A stretch of 64,000 bases of DNA from Macrostomum lignano (taxonomy: Eukaryota). This document shows, piece after piece, positions 47,400 through 60,332 of the stretch. Each line of letters begins with the position of its first letter. Position 1 is the first letter of the stretch. The notes below the pieces were generated by a model. That model saw nothing but the letters and a program-made list of their open reading frames with translations, did no database searches and was not told the origin of the DNA. The position numbers and the translations under genes are program-made. The stretch covers positions 104,462-168,461 of the forward strand of contig NIVC01001048.1 of the NCBI GenBank assembly GCA_002269645.1, read 5' to 3'.

Positions 47400-48040
47400 T
47401 CTTCTAATATACTAAAAATGGTCTGTCGGTATGTGTGTGTGTGTGTGTGTGATCAATTTTAGCAAAAATGGCTCAACCGATTTTCTTCAAATTTGCACCA
47501 TTCGATCAGAAATTTTTCCGTGACGGTACATGCATCGTGGCTAAGAAATTGCTCAATGCTAAAGGGATTAAATATTCGAAAGACATGCTTTTTTGCAAAG
47601 GTCAAGCAGCTATTTCGACTTGAAACGCACTGTAAAAATGCTAGAGAAAAAACTGACTGGTTGAATTCTGATTCTGAAATAGATTGCATCACAATACACT
47701 TTATTTATCGTCTGTGTACCGGCTGAATTTGACACTCAATTGAATTGCGTCACAGCTTTGAGTGTGAAAGCATAGTGCAGTACTGAATTTATATTACGTA
47801 ACCATATTGTTAGCTTTCATAGACACTGGTACTGACTTGCCTAAGAAATTGATTATGTCATAACTGCTTCGTGTGACTTTTTACTCTACCTGACTTGGTG
47901 TGAGTGTTGAATTATATAAGTGGTACAAATTCACTGATAACTTCGATGAGAGCTAGCCTAGAGCCTAGAGCTAGGTTCGAATCTAAGTAGTAGTGTAAAA
48001 TTTTTTATTAAAAGCTTTTATTAAAGAACTAAATAAAAAC
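47400..48040 (+). mobile_element. Non-autonomous Helitron, unit 3 (5' part only; 3' end not found)
   Basis: Starts TCTTCTAATATACTAAAAATGG + (GT)n directly after the unit-2 CTAG. Homologous to 44483-45080. Confidence 0.75.
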
Positions 48041-48044
48041 ACTT

Positions 48045-48725
48045 AGATTACTGCACTCGATAAGCTAAGGATTATTGCTCTTGGCAAACCAAGGATTACT
48101 GCACTCGATAAGCCAAGGATTATTGCTATTAATAAACCAAGGATTACTGCACTCAATAAACCAAGGACTATTGCTATTAATAAACCAAGGATTACTGCAC
48201 TCAATAAACCAAGGACTATTGCTATTAATAAACCAAGGATTACTGCACTCAATAAACCAAGGACTTTTGCTCTTGGCAAACCAAGGATTACTGCACTCGA
48301 TAAGCCAAGGACTATTGCTCTTGGCAAACCAAGGATTACTGCACTCGATAAGCCAAGGATTACTGCAATCGATAAGCCAAGGATTATTGCTATAAATAAA
48401 CCAAGGATTACTGCACTCGATAAGCCATGGATTATTGCTATTAATAAAACCAGGGATTACTGCACTCGATAAGCCAAGGATTATTGCTATTAATAAACCA
48501 AGGATTACTGCACTCGATAAGCCAAGGATTATTGCTATTAATAAACCAAGGATTAATGCAACCTTAACCAAGGATTACTGCACTCGATAAGCCATGGATT
48601 ATTGCTATTAATAAACCAAGGATTACTGCACTCGATAAGCCAAGGATTATTGCTATTAATAAACCAAGGATTACTGCACTCGATAAGCCATGGATTATTG
48701 CTATTAATAAACCAAGGATTACTTA
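48045..48725. repeat. Composite 24/48-bp minisatellite (AACCAAGGATTACTGCACTCGATA + AGCCAAGGATTATTGCTATTAATA)
   Basis: Directly visible. It explains the SAVILGLL ORFs. Confidence 0.93.
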
Positions 48726-49194
48726 CTGCACTGCATCTTTATGGTAGTTAACTATAGCAATAATTAGTTTAATAATTAATATCTTATATATTTTATTGTC
48801 ACATTTTCTAGTTAGACTATATTATAATTTGCTTAAACTTGTACATTATCTTTGTGAAAATTTTGAAGGCAAAGAAACTTAAGCAAAGTGCATTTTGAAA
48901 ATTAAAATTTTGTAAGTAATTAACAAAGAAGAAAGTAGATTCTATAATTTCAAGTTGCTAATTTAGAGATTCTAATGTATACAATCATACATGCGCAACT
49001 GCTGGCCGACCTGGCCGATCCGGCCACCGTAAATCGTGGCTGACCAGGGGTAAGTCGCAAAATTGAGTCAACCAAAAACCGAAAAACACAAGAACCAAGA
49101 AAGGCAAGAGGAAAGCGAAAGAAAGAGCAGTTCAGGGAAAATGGTGAAGCAAAAGAAAAACAATTCGCAAAAGAAGCAAGCTAAGTTGTAAAAA

Positions 49195-50195
49195 TAATCA
49201 GGTAAGTCGCAAAAAGGATTAGGTAAGTCGCAAAAAGGATCAGGTAAGTCGAAAAAAGGATCAGGTAAGTCGCAAAAAGGATCAGGTAAGTCGCAAAAAG
49301 GATTAGGTAAGTCGCAAAAAGGATCAGGTAAGTCGCAAAAGGGTTAGGTAAGTCGCAAAAAGGATTAGGTAAGTCGCAAAAGGATTAGGTAAGTCGCAAA
49401 AAGGATTAGGTAAGTCGCAAAAGGGTTAGGTAAGTTGCAAAAAGGATTAAGTAAGTTGCAAAAAGGATTAGGTAAGTCGCAAAAAGGATTAGGTAAGTCG
49501 CAAAAGGATTAGGTAAGTCGCAAAAAGGATTAGGTAAGTCGCAAAAGGATTAGGTAAGTCGCAAAAAGGATTAGGTAAGTCGCAAAAAGGATTAAGTAAG
49601 TCGCAAAAAGGATTAAGTAAGTCGCAAAAAGGATTAGGTAAGTCGCAAAAGGGTTAGGTAAGTCGCAAAAAGGATTAGGTAAGTCGCAAAAAGGATTAGG
49701 TAAGTCGCAAAAGGATTAGGTAAGTCGCAAAAAGGATTAAGTAAGTCGCAAAAAGGATTAAGTAAGTCGCAAAAAGGATTAGGTAAGTCGCAAAAGGGTT
49801 AGGTAAGTCGCAAAAAGGATTAGGTAAGTCGCAAAAAGGATTAGGTAAGTCGCAAAAGGATTAGGTAAGTCGCAAAAAGGATTAGGTAAGTCGCAAAAAG
49901 GATTAGGTAAGTCGCAAAAGGGTTAGGTAAGTCGCAAAAAGGATTAGGTAAGTCGCAAAAAGGATTAGGTAAGTCGCAAAAGGATTAGGTAAGTCGCAAA
50001 AGGATTAGGTAAGTCGCAAAAAGGATTAGGTAAGTCGCAAAAGGATTAGGTAAGTCGCAAAAGGATTAGGTAAGTCGCAAAAAGGATTAGGTAAGTCGCA
50101 AAAAGGATTAGGTAAGTCGCAAAAGGATTAGGTAAGTCGCAAAAAGGATTAGGTAAGTCGCAAAAAGGATTAGGTAAGTCGCAAAAAGAAGCAAC
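49195..50195 (+). repeat. 20-21-bp minisatellite, about 48 copies (AGGTAAGTCGCAAAAAGGATT), inside the 2.76-kb element
   Basis: Directly visible. The AAGTCGCA core is also found singly near both element termini (about 49051, 51677, 51702). Confidence 0.97.
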
Positions 50196-50459
50196 TAAGT
50201 CGCAATAAGAGGGAAGTAAGTCACAATCAGAGGCAATCAGGGGGTAGTAGGTGCAAGTGTGGCAGGAGAGCAAAAACAGAATAGAAGCCTTCAACAACAG
50301 ACAAGATCTTTGAAATCAGAAGCCCGCGTCAACAGTTTCCCATTGATTTCTTAAACTCTGGAGCAGGGGTCGGCAAACTCCGGCTCGCGAAGCCCCTCTA
50401 TCTGGCCCTCGCCCCTCGGGTTCTTTGAAACTTCCTAACTAGCAAGGTTGGTGTCTCTT

Positions 50460-51170
50460 TAACTCTCATCTCTCTCTTCTTCTCTACCTTGCCTCCCCTC
50501 TTCTCTCTCTCCCCCCTTTTCCCTCTTCTCTCTCCTCTCATTTTTACTCTCCTCTCTTCTCCCCCTTTCTCTACCCTTTCTCCTCAATGCCCTCTTCTCT
50601 CCTCTTATCTTCAGCAAAAATATGTGCATATTTTCTTACTTCAAAGTAGAGGGAATAGAAGATTAGAGATAAGCAAACAGAGGAGAGGCGAGCGTTAAGT
50701 TGCAATGGGAGAAAAGATAGAAGAGGAGAGGAAAGCTGAGGGAGGAAAAAGAGATGAGAGAGAAGAGGAGATTAGAGGAAAGAGGAAAGAAAAGATGATG
50801 GATGAGATCAGAAGAGAGAAAAGAGGAAAGAGGAGAGAGTAGATGAGAGAAGAGAGGATAAAGAGGAGATGAGAGGAGAGTGAAGAGAGGAGAGATGAGA
50901 GAGTAGAGAAGAGAGGAGAGATAAGATGAGAGAGTAGAGTGGAGAGAGACGAGAGGGAAGATAAGATGAGAGAGTAGAGTGGAATGGAGAGAGACGAGAA
51001 GAGAGATAAGAATGTAGAGAGGAGACAGAAGAGATAGGAGAGGAGAGGAAAGAGAGGAGAGAGGAGAGGAAAGAGAGGAGAGAGGAGAGGAAAGAGAGAA
51101 GGGATAAGGGATGAGAGAGAAAAGAAAAAGAGGATGAGAAGATTGAGGAATGGAGAGAATTTGCAAAGGC
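50460..51170. repeat. CT-rich tract followed by an AG-rich low-complexity tract
   Basis: Directly visible. Confidence 0.9.
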
Positions 51171-54100
51171 CTCAAATCTTAGTTTAACATGCATTACTCC
51201 CATCTTTGCCTTTTTCCTAACTGTTAACAAGTTTTTGTTTGAGCATGACTTCAAATTTAGAATCTATGCAAAAATAGTTCCGGGAATTAGAATTCAGTGG
51301 TTTAAAAATCTGTGGGTTTTCACAGCTTGTATCTCTACTGGATTCGTATTCTGCATCTGATGAGCCATCTGAATCAGGGCTCTCATCTTCCATGCCAAAT
51401 CGTCTAGCAAATCGTTCTTGAGCTATAGGTCACACTGTATTCACTTCACTTACTTCTGGACATTCATGAATCATGACTTTTGTAGTATGCTCACTACACT
51501 GTACTGACAATTTACTAATTGCTTCATGCCGCCACTAGATGACATACTGATTAGCTGTTATAAAAACGCGGAATCTGCACGCAGCACTAATTAGCTGGCG
51601 AGGCATTTAGCTTTAAAAATATGGTCATAGTTACTCCTGCCGTTTACCCAAAGTTTTTGCTTGGCTCTTTCATAGGTAAGTCGCATTTTTTATCGAAAAC
51701 TAAGTCGCACGGCCAGCGTAATTTCAGAAGTTGCGCATGTATGTATACAATATTTAGTCAATTTTAGGATGTCTTTGGTGTATGCATTTGGTATACCCAG
51801 AAGTTAAAAAAAGATTAGTTAAAACACTTTTAAATAAGTAGTTTTCTATATCAATCAAAATCTCTCAAAGTGTGCAAGAATTTATTTTCATTTTTTGTCT
51901 TTCTTTCCTTTAAGTTTATTTGCATATTCTTTTGGAACATATTGATCAATATATGCTCTTATTCTCTCACTTGTTACCAAAGTAACAATTACAAATCTGC
52001 TTTGTTACCAAAATGGCTATTTTTAAATTAGTCATGGTTTGTTACTAAATGAAATGGCTATTACCAAAGTGGCTGTTACCAAAATGGCTATTACCAAATT
52101 AGTTATAGTTTGTTATTTAATCTGAATGAAATGGCTATTAACAAAGTGGCTAGTACCAAAGTGGATTGTTACCTTAATTATGCCTTGCCCCTAACTTATA
52201 CATTAAAACTATTTAAAATTTAGGCCTAAGCTAAGAAATCAACAATTTAAAAATAGGGATATAGATAAGACTAACAAATAGTATTGTCAAAAATTGTTTT
52301 AAAAATTTCCAAATTTTTTTGTGTTTTTTTGTATATCCTAATTTAGAAAATTTCACTTGCACCCTAAAATTAAAAAATAAATGCAACTTAAGTTATAGTC
52401 TTATGTTCAATGTATTCATGATCTATTTTTCTTTTAAAATTAAAGCCTAAATTAAATTAGCTTAATTGGCTTAAATTAAAATAACAAAAGAGAATTTGTA
52501 CTCAGAGTAGTGTTCCACCATAGCTACGGCTACAGCTATGGGATCCTATAGCAAATATGGTAAAATAGGTGCCTATGGCAACTATAAATATACCTACAAT
52601 AGATAGCTGCTCTTATGGCTACAACTATAGAAATATAGTAGTTGGTTGCTGTCATATTCCATAGATTCCTATCTATAGCTATAGTTAATAATTAACATTT
52701 GGTTCAAGACAAATTATTTGTCTCTTATGTTAACCACTAATGTTAACATGTTTAAGTTTAAGTTTTAAGTTATATCATAAAAAATATTGAAACCATATAC
52801 ATGGTATTTAGGTATCATAGTACAAGTATTGTAACACCATTAAGAACCAAATGTTTCTACAAAAATTATTTCCAAGAAGTGTTAAACAAATTTGAAATCA
52901 CATTACCACTTCTCACATTCTCTGGCTAGGCATTCTGGTGAGGTTTTTGAAGTTTCAAGATTAGCAAATATTTTGCTTTTCTTTGATTGAGCATACAAGT
53001 ATGAGTAAAAAGACACCTCACTTTTGAATTTTGGTCAAGTAATGAAAAAGTTATAGCATTTTTAGTATCACATTTTTTGACACTTCCGTAATGCATTTTT
53101 CCCATAAGGTACTGTGATCATTTTTCTTCAAAATGTCTGATTTTCCGAGTTATAGATAATATAGCTTTTGAACTATCCAATGCATTTTTATGCCTAATAT
53201 GTCATTTTTTAGCATTTTTCTTGTAGATTTTTTGAATTAATACTTTGCAAAATACAATTGATAGTTTTTCTTCTATTCTCAAAATAATGAGGTGACGTAA
53301 ATGAAATTTTAATCCTCAGACCACAATTATTCCATTTTTATCCTTATATAGATCATCCAAGTGCAATACCCAGCAGATCTAGCTGTCTGGCAAGGGGCCT
53401 AGCCAAGATAAGTTGCAAAAATGCCCATCTAATTAGTACTTTAAATTAGGAAACAAGTACTAATTAGATGACGAGGTATTTACTCCTGCTGTTTACCCAA
53501 AACATTGGTACTATTATTGGAGTTGTGGTAAGATCTAGCAATGAGATCATTGTTTCCTCGTGTTTGTATGCCATTTTGGATGAATAAAACAGAAGAAAAA
53601 AGAAGAAAAAGAAAGTCCATTTGCTTCTAAAAGGGTAGTCTGAAATGCAACTAGGCTAGGGTTTACTTTGAATCAGTCGCGCGTTGTTGCGCGTTAAGAT
53701 AGCTCCAAAATTATTTTTGCATCTTATTCACCATGAAATCCTACGTAAAAAACATCGTGTCACCACCCTGTCACCAGTCTTGTTTCGAGTCAAAAATTTT
53801 AGTTGAAGACTTTGGACTAATATTTATAGAAGAAAAATATCTCAATTTTCTTTGCATTGCAGAAGAAATATATTCCGTAACTATTAATCTTTGTTTTACT
53901 GAAAACCGCTTATCAAAAAAAGCACTCGTTTTGATGCAATTCAAATTTCTGTCGGTCACTTAATTTTCCCGTGTTGTCACAGTTTCCAAAGCATGGTGAA
54001 TTTGTTTGTTTTTCAAATTACCGTAGCTTCACTATTTGACATTGTAGGAACCTCCAAGTAGTCTCAAATTAAAGCTTAAATCTCTCTCTTCAGGACATAT

Positions 54101-55710
54101 ATTTCCGTTTTTCTTAACTCTCTTGGTTTTCTAGTTTTTTTATCATATGAAGTTGGTATCATTTAGCTCTTTTTAGCAGATTTTGCTCGGCATGCACAGG
54201 TCACGTGACCCTCACCAGAATGCCTACTCTGGCTAGTGCAGCTATAATAATCAGATACAATTTGCTGATTTTCCATTATTTCTAGTTGACAAAATACTAG
54301 TTTATAAGATGTCTATTGACAAAATGCAGATTGACAAAGGGTCACCTGATTAAGTAATGTCACTCTTTGTAAAAAGATAAAATATTATATTTATATAAAT
54401 CTTCTATAACTCTTCATATATTATTTATATAAGGCAATCAATTGTTTATTTTTTTATATTAGGGCCTAATTTATAATTGTTTAAGCACTAGGTCATCTTT
54501 CTGATTTAAAATATTAACCAAGTAACATAAGACTTTTTGTTACAACTATGACTATGGCTATGGGAACTATGGTAATTTGATAAAATTGGGATCTTTATAG
54601 CTAAGGGCCTACAGAATAGGCCTAGGCCTATGGAGAATTGGAATAAACCATAGGGCCTAGTTTTATTTACAACTATAGCTATGGCACATGGACCCTCTCC
54701 CTCTTTATGGAAAAACACTAAATTGCATTTTGAAATTGGCAATTGGGCATAAAGTGCATTTTTATGTCTTGGCTCTAATAGAAAATCTAGATTTATATAT
54801 TCTATAATATATTAATTTAACTAATAGGCATAGGTGGCCTACAAGTTCATCAAAAATTGTGCATTAGGGACCTTATTAATATTTAATATGATTTTGCACA
54901 AATGCATTAAAAATCCCTTGTGTTGTAATGTAAATTGACACTGACAGATAAATAAAGCATTTTCATTAAAAATCCTTTTTTGTAGAATTTGAATACCAAC
55001 AATAGGCAATAGCATAGCACTATAGGCCCTACAATATATTTATATTAAAAGCTATCATCAAATAGCTAGGCTAGGCCTACTTGATGTAATTAACTACTTG
55101 ACTTGACCCCTATTGGAGTAAGTGTAGAAAATCTGCAGACATGCGAAACTGAGTCTAAAATTGTAGGCCTAGCTCAAAACGCGATGCAACTTAGAGCATG
55201 TTAACTTTCGCACCGAATACAGGTGTAGTACTAATTAGATGATGAGGCATTCAGCCCTAATAAGACGGTCATAGTTAGGCCTACTTAAGTACTCATGCCG
55301 TTTACAAAAAACTGCAAAAACTGCATTACCTAAATTTAGAGTGGGAAACCGAAGGATTGCTAATAATTGTATGGTCTATAATATATAGTGTACATATACA
55401 TTTTTAACCTGTAAGGCCTAACTGGCAAAATCTCCGATAACGTAAACCAAACTGACTTCACAGCTGCGATCGCGATGTGGCAAGCAACATCATTTTTCCA
55501 GTGGGATTTAATACCGATTTATTCTTAATTTGAAGGATGCGGGGACAAGAAGTTTTTTTAAACAAATTTTTCTTCCAATCGTAATTCATGTAAAATTAAT
55601 CTAAGAAAACAGAAATTTAGTAGAAAAAATTTGTACGTGAATAAATATTATTTTAATTATCTATTGTGAATTCATTGGATTAGTCAAGACTGACCCTAAA
55701 GTATGTATCA

Positions 55711-55809
55711 GATTAAACATGCCTTTTGAGGGAGTTATTTGTATAAATCACGAGGGCCTGAGGCCCGAGGGATTTATGAAAATAACTCCCGAAAAAGGCA
55801 TGTGTAATC
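55711..55809. other. ~100-bp imperfect palindrome/hairpin
   Basis: Arms ACATGCCTTT/AAAGGCATGT, GGGAGTTATTT/AAATAACTCCC, ATAAATC/GATTTAT around GGGCC-TGA-GGCCC. Confidence 0.85.
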
Positions 55810-56225
55810 TCGTATAAACCATAGACATAAAGACTTTACGGGATATTATTGAATATTAGCAAATAAAATCCCGGAGAACGCAAATATTGTCATGGAAAGT
55901 CTTTATTTCTATGGTTTATTGAAAAATTTGTTTGATGCTGATTTCCACTTTTTTATGCAAGTAATTATAGGTTTGGCCGGGTTCAGAAAAGGGAAGCTGG
56001 TAGTTTAGGGATTTTTTAATTTGTGCGTTTCAGTCTGGAGTTTTCCGGGGCAAATATTGTCGTTTCGAATCCGCTGTGATTACATGGATAATGTACTTCG
56101 TCTGCCGCGCGGGGTTCCGATCAATTCCGGAGGCGGGTACATGTGGATATTTTGGGCCAGTGGGACCTCTGTGGATTTTTTGTTCAGGTCTGTTGACACC
56201 GATGTATATATATTTTAGTTTTACG

Positions 56226-59200
56226 TTAATTTCGAGTATTCCTACTACACCGTACAACGCGTGTACGGACCGCAGCTGGGTGGCTGGGCCTGGGAGAGCT
56301 GGGCCCGTCGGTATCCTCGTCATTGCTGGTGTTGGTGGTGGTGGTCGGCGAGTAGTGGGCACCAAAGGCGGCTCTCAGAAATCCAGCATGAGCGGCGTTG
56401 AGTTGCCGCTCTACGGCCGGGCTGGGATGGTCACTGTCCACTTTTTCAGCATTGTAAGGAGGATGGTTTCTACTGTATATGGGACTGCCTGAAGCAGCCG
56501 CCCTCTCAGCCGGTCCGGCAGCACGGGGAACTGCAGGACAGTCCGCAAGGTGGGGAATGCGCCCCTGCAGGCAAGCGCCCTGGCTACACCGTGCCATCAT
56601 GTCGTCCAAATGATGCTTGGCACAATAAAGACCGCCAAGGTTAAATGAACTCTTTGCAGCGCGGCAGCAACGCCACCTACCTGTTCGTGCAGCGGCAGTA
56701 GATCTCAGCTGGAAGGTCCGTATATATGTACAGTCAGCATCATTGTCTTTTTTGTTGTTCACGGACAGTCCGATCCCAGCGGCCGCCGTCAGCTGGTCTA
56801 GCAGGCGTTGAGCTCCAACAGCAGCGCTAGGTCGGCCGCGTATGCTAGAACGGAGAGTCACTTCTCGGTGTGTCCAGCACCCCGGCCGGGTGCTTTGTTC
56901 TGCGGCAGAGCAAAAATCCGTTACAGTCGTCAGGGAGGCCATGTGCGCAGTACCCAGTCCAGGACCAGGATGAACAGAAATGCAAGGTTTCCCCTTGGAG
57001 AACGCCGGAGCTGACGTGTCGAAAAAGTTGGAAAGGCCACCCGGTGTCAAAACTGCAGCCCTAGTCTCCTGGTACAGAGCTAACACAGCCATCACCAGCT
57101 GCTCAGGTATGATATGCGCGCAGGATGTTCGCGATGACCTGCCTCGACACCGAGTCAAAGGCCTTCAGGAAGTCCACGAAGATGCAGATGATGTTCGACT
57201 TGTGGAGAGCGAGAATTTGGGTCACGTTGCCTCTGCCTGGGCCAGAATCCGTTCTGCTCGCGCCGGAGGAACGGGTCCAGCACCGGCTGCAGTCGCGACA
57301 GCAGAACCCTGTTAAACAGCTTAGCAGTGCAGAACATTAGTAAAATCCCGCGATGCTCTTTGATTTTGACGAAACCTGGTTTCTTTGGCATGTGACGTTG
57401 TCAGTTTAAGTAGCCCCGCCAAGGGCCGTTTTAGCATACGGTACCAATCTATAATATTGTTGGTTTCGTACCTCACGTCTGCTTAAAGTAGTGTCCAAAG
57501 AATTTTAATCTGCTTGCGTACATTTGTAAAGCCTGCGTACAGTGCACGATCGATAATTTCTGTTTTCTGTTTTTTCAGCCGGCCAATAGAAAATCCGCGC
57601 ATTAATTATGTTAAGTTCTCCTCGCGCGCCCACCCCCAGCCTGCTCTTTATCAGTCCTGTCTGGCTGGGCGCTCGGGGTTAGACCCCGTTTCTCCCGCGC
57701 CACCCCTGTGCCGCTCTGCCCGCCCTTGGGCTCTCACTCCTTGTTTACTTGCCTACTCTCTCCGCCACGATTCTATCCACGCCTTCGCCAGCCTCAGTCA
57801 CGCCACTTCTACTGTCAGTTCAAGCTCGAACTACGAGCGCCGCCACCGTACGTTCACCGCCATCACTTCGTCACCGTTGCCTCAAACTCATCGACCCACT
57901 CTGCCTCCTACCATTAACTTATTGTTGTGTAGCCGCCAGTGCATCGTTTGCGAATTCAACTAGTACTTTGATCTATCTCCGTTACAATAAACAAAGTCTG
58001 CGGCCATTGCCCGCACCAGTCATCATTATTGCCAAGTGCTACCGCTACAAATTTGCCTCTGCCGTATTTGTCTTGTCGATTATTTTCGAGGCCGCCACAT
58101 TATTTCATCACAGGCATCCCGACGATATGCGCAGTCCACCACTCAGCAGGGGCGGGGCCCGCAGCTAGCACGCAGTTCATCACTCGTGTGACTTCCAACC
58201 CGACCTCGACAGGCACGTCGTCGTGTCAAGTAGCCCTGTTGCCTGGCGGCGTCTTCTTTGCAAGTTAGAGCACCTCGTCGATGGTGATGGGGATGGTTTT
58301 AAAGGAGCTCTCCTCTGGAAGCGCAACCTCCGAGGACAATGACATGTCGTCGTCCCTTTGCGGCGGAGGAAGGCGCGTTGACTGTACCAGAGAAGAAGGT
58401 CCGCAGCTCATTTCACCTCTCTTCAGGCGTATCACCCGCCAGGTTTAGAGCGTTGCGACTCTTTCAGCCTGTCAGATGATTAACGACCGACCAGTCGGCG
58501 TGCGGTTTCTTGTCGGGGCCGGCGTCTGTGATCTCATGAATAGCGGTCTGAACCACGGCGCCTTGCCGGGCTTTAAAAAGTCTCTGCTAGAGACTCTTAT
58601 TCCTTCTCCGTAGGCTGTCGCCTTCTCCACAGTCTCTCCACTTTCAGCTGCGTCTGCCGCAGCACTTCGTCATCTTGCCACACTGGCCGGTTCCTTTCTG
58701 CTGGCTTCACCAACGGAAGAGTCTTGGTAGCGGCGGATTGGATGGCGGCACTGATGTCCGGGTACTCTGCTGGGGTTGATGTGTCTGGTCGTCCTTTCTG
58801 CGCCTCGTCAAAGGCCGGGTAGAAGCGGCCACTTCTAACCGGGTCGCGTAGGGCGCATAAGTAGCGCTTTGGGCTGTTTTTTCGGTGGTCGATAAATAAT
58901 TTTGCGGGTCCCTCAGGCGCAGGTCGCAGTAGAGCAGCCTGTTGGTCTGATCGCACTGCCAGCGGAGCCACCGTGTCACAGTTGGTCACTTGCCGTCGCT
59001 CTCGCTGGCGAAACAGCACGTGGTCGAGCTGTGCGAGTACGAAGTTTTCCGTACGCTTTCCAACGTGGCCGTTTACAGCCAGCAAATGTTGCCAATCTGT
59101 GAAGCGGCTTCCTAAACAGCATGTTTGCTGAGACCAGATCGTGGCGGTCCATGAAATCCATTAGAGCATTAGTATTGTTGTTTTCGCGTGGCGCTACAAA

Positions 59201-59930
59201 GCGGGCGTGCTCGGACCTTCGTATGACGGCGTTGAGATCCAGTAAAGTGTCAAGTTGAGCGGTCTTCTTCAGCTGCGCTGACAGGAACTCCAGAAACTGC
59301 TCTACTTAGCTGGGTGTGCAGCAGAAGAGCCACATGTTACGCCTGCAAAGTCGAATGTCGACGCGCAGCAGCCGCGGTGACAGGCTCTCATAGCTTGTAC
59401 TTTGCTGAATCATCAATTCCTCCCCGTGCTTTAGAGTCCGCTGATGTGTATTGCAGAAGCCAGTCACCAACTAGGTGCTCCTGGTGAAGCCCAGGCTCGG
59501 CCGTGATGGAGAGCTCCTGTAGCATAATAATATCAAGTTGTCACCTGCAAGCTGGTCCAAAAGATGTTGTCTCCGCTTTGCTCGAAGAGTTCGTCAGTTC
59601 CAGGTAGCAATTCTGAGCTAAATTGCTATGCGCATTTTGGTTCGGCTGGTGTCCGGTGATTTTGAACCTCACGGTTTTTGGCGCCACCCAGCGCGGATCC
59701 GCATCACCAGTTTGAAGGGGCCGGCTGCCTGCGGCTCGTCGCTCGCGTCCCCAAGGTCGACCACGGCGATTTCTCTCACGGCGTCGATCGTTCTTTGCGT
59801 CGATGCTCACTTCGATTGTGCCGCCCTTGGCAGCCGCAGAAGAATCGCGACTCTCCGATGAGGCCTTGAAAAGAACCACTAGCATGCTTGGCGGTAGCAC
59901 CAGGAGGCGGCGGCGCTATCTCGCGAGCCG
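56226..59930 (-). mobile_element. Decayed RTE-clade non-LTR retrotransposon (APE endonuclease + reverse transcriptase), interrupted by a solo LTR
   Basis: Fragments LDLNA, LMDFMDRHDLVSANMLFRK, QLDHVL (APE); DDVPVEV, AHIVGMP|KKPG, RGILLMFCTAKLFNRVLLSRLQPVLDPFLRREQNGF, FVDFLKAFDSV, LYQETRAAVLTPGG (RT). Many frameshifts and stops; ends approximate. Confidence 0.85.
57391..58112 (+). mobile_element. Solo LTR, 722 bp (Ty3/Gypsy-like 4-bp TSD)
   Basis: Termini TGTGA...TCACA. TSD GGCA at 57387-57390 and 58113-58116. Removing it restores the RTE reading GMPKKPG. AATAAA near 57987. Confidence 0.85.
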
Positions 59931-60332
59931 CGGTGCAGGATAACAACGTTTACTGTAACTAACTGTTAGCAGAAGAGTATGCGAACGTAAAAACAACTTA
60001 AATATGGTTAAATATGGTTAAATATGGTTAATATGGTTAGCTGGCCCGTTACATGTAATGCATGTAACAACTGTGCGGGGTTTAAACAGTCGTATAGTAG
60101 CATCAAGGAGCACTGTAGTATATAGAGGGTGTATATCTAAAACTCAAAGCTCGTGTACATGTGATTTTTGGGAGGCCAATTCCCTAGAATAAAACACTGC
60201 AGTAGATAGAAAATGTAATGCAGCTAGTGAAATCATGTGCATTATACATGTGTATTTATATCGTTATTACACTGTATGCGAGCTAAATGTATATATAGAT
60301 AGATGTATACTGCAGTTTACTGTAGATTCAAG

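Larger units (their letters stand above)
48986..51743. mobile_element. Non-autonomous TIR DNA transposon, 2758 bp, with 8-bp TSD (hAT-type; Blackjack-like CATAC ends by inference)
   Basis: TIR CATACATGCGCAACT is perfect over 15 bp (18/19 extended). TSD TATACAAT at 48978-48985 and 51744-51751. No transposase ORF inside. Confidence 0.92.

Noticed and set aside
50364-50420. Nested hAT element starting CAGGGGTCGGCAAAC
   Set aside because: It resembles a hAT terminus, but no matching opposite TIR or TSD was found.
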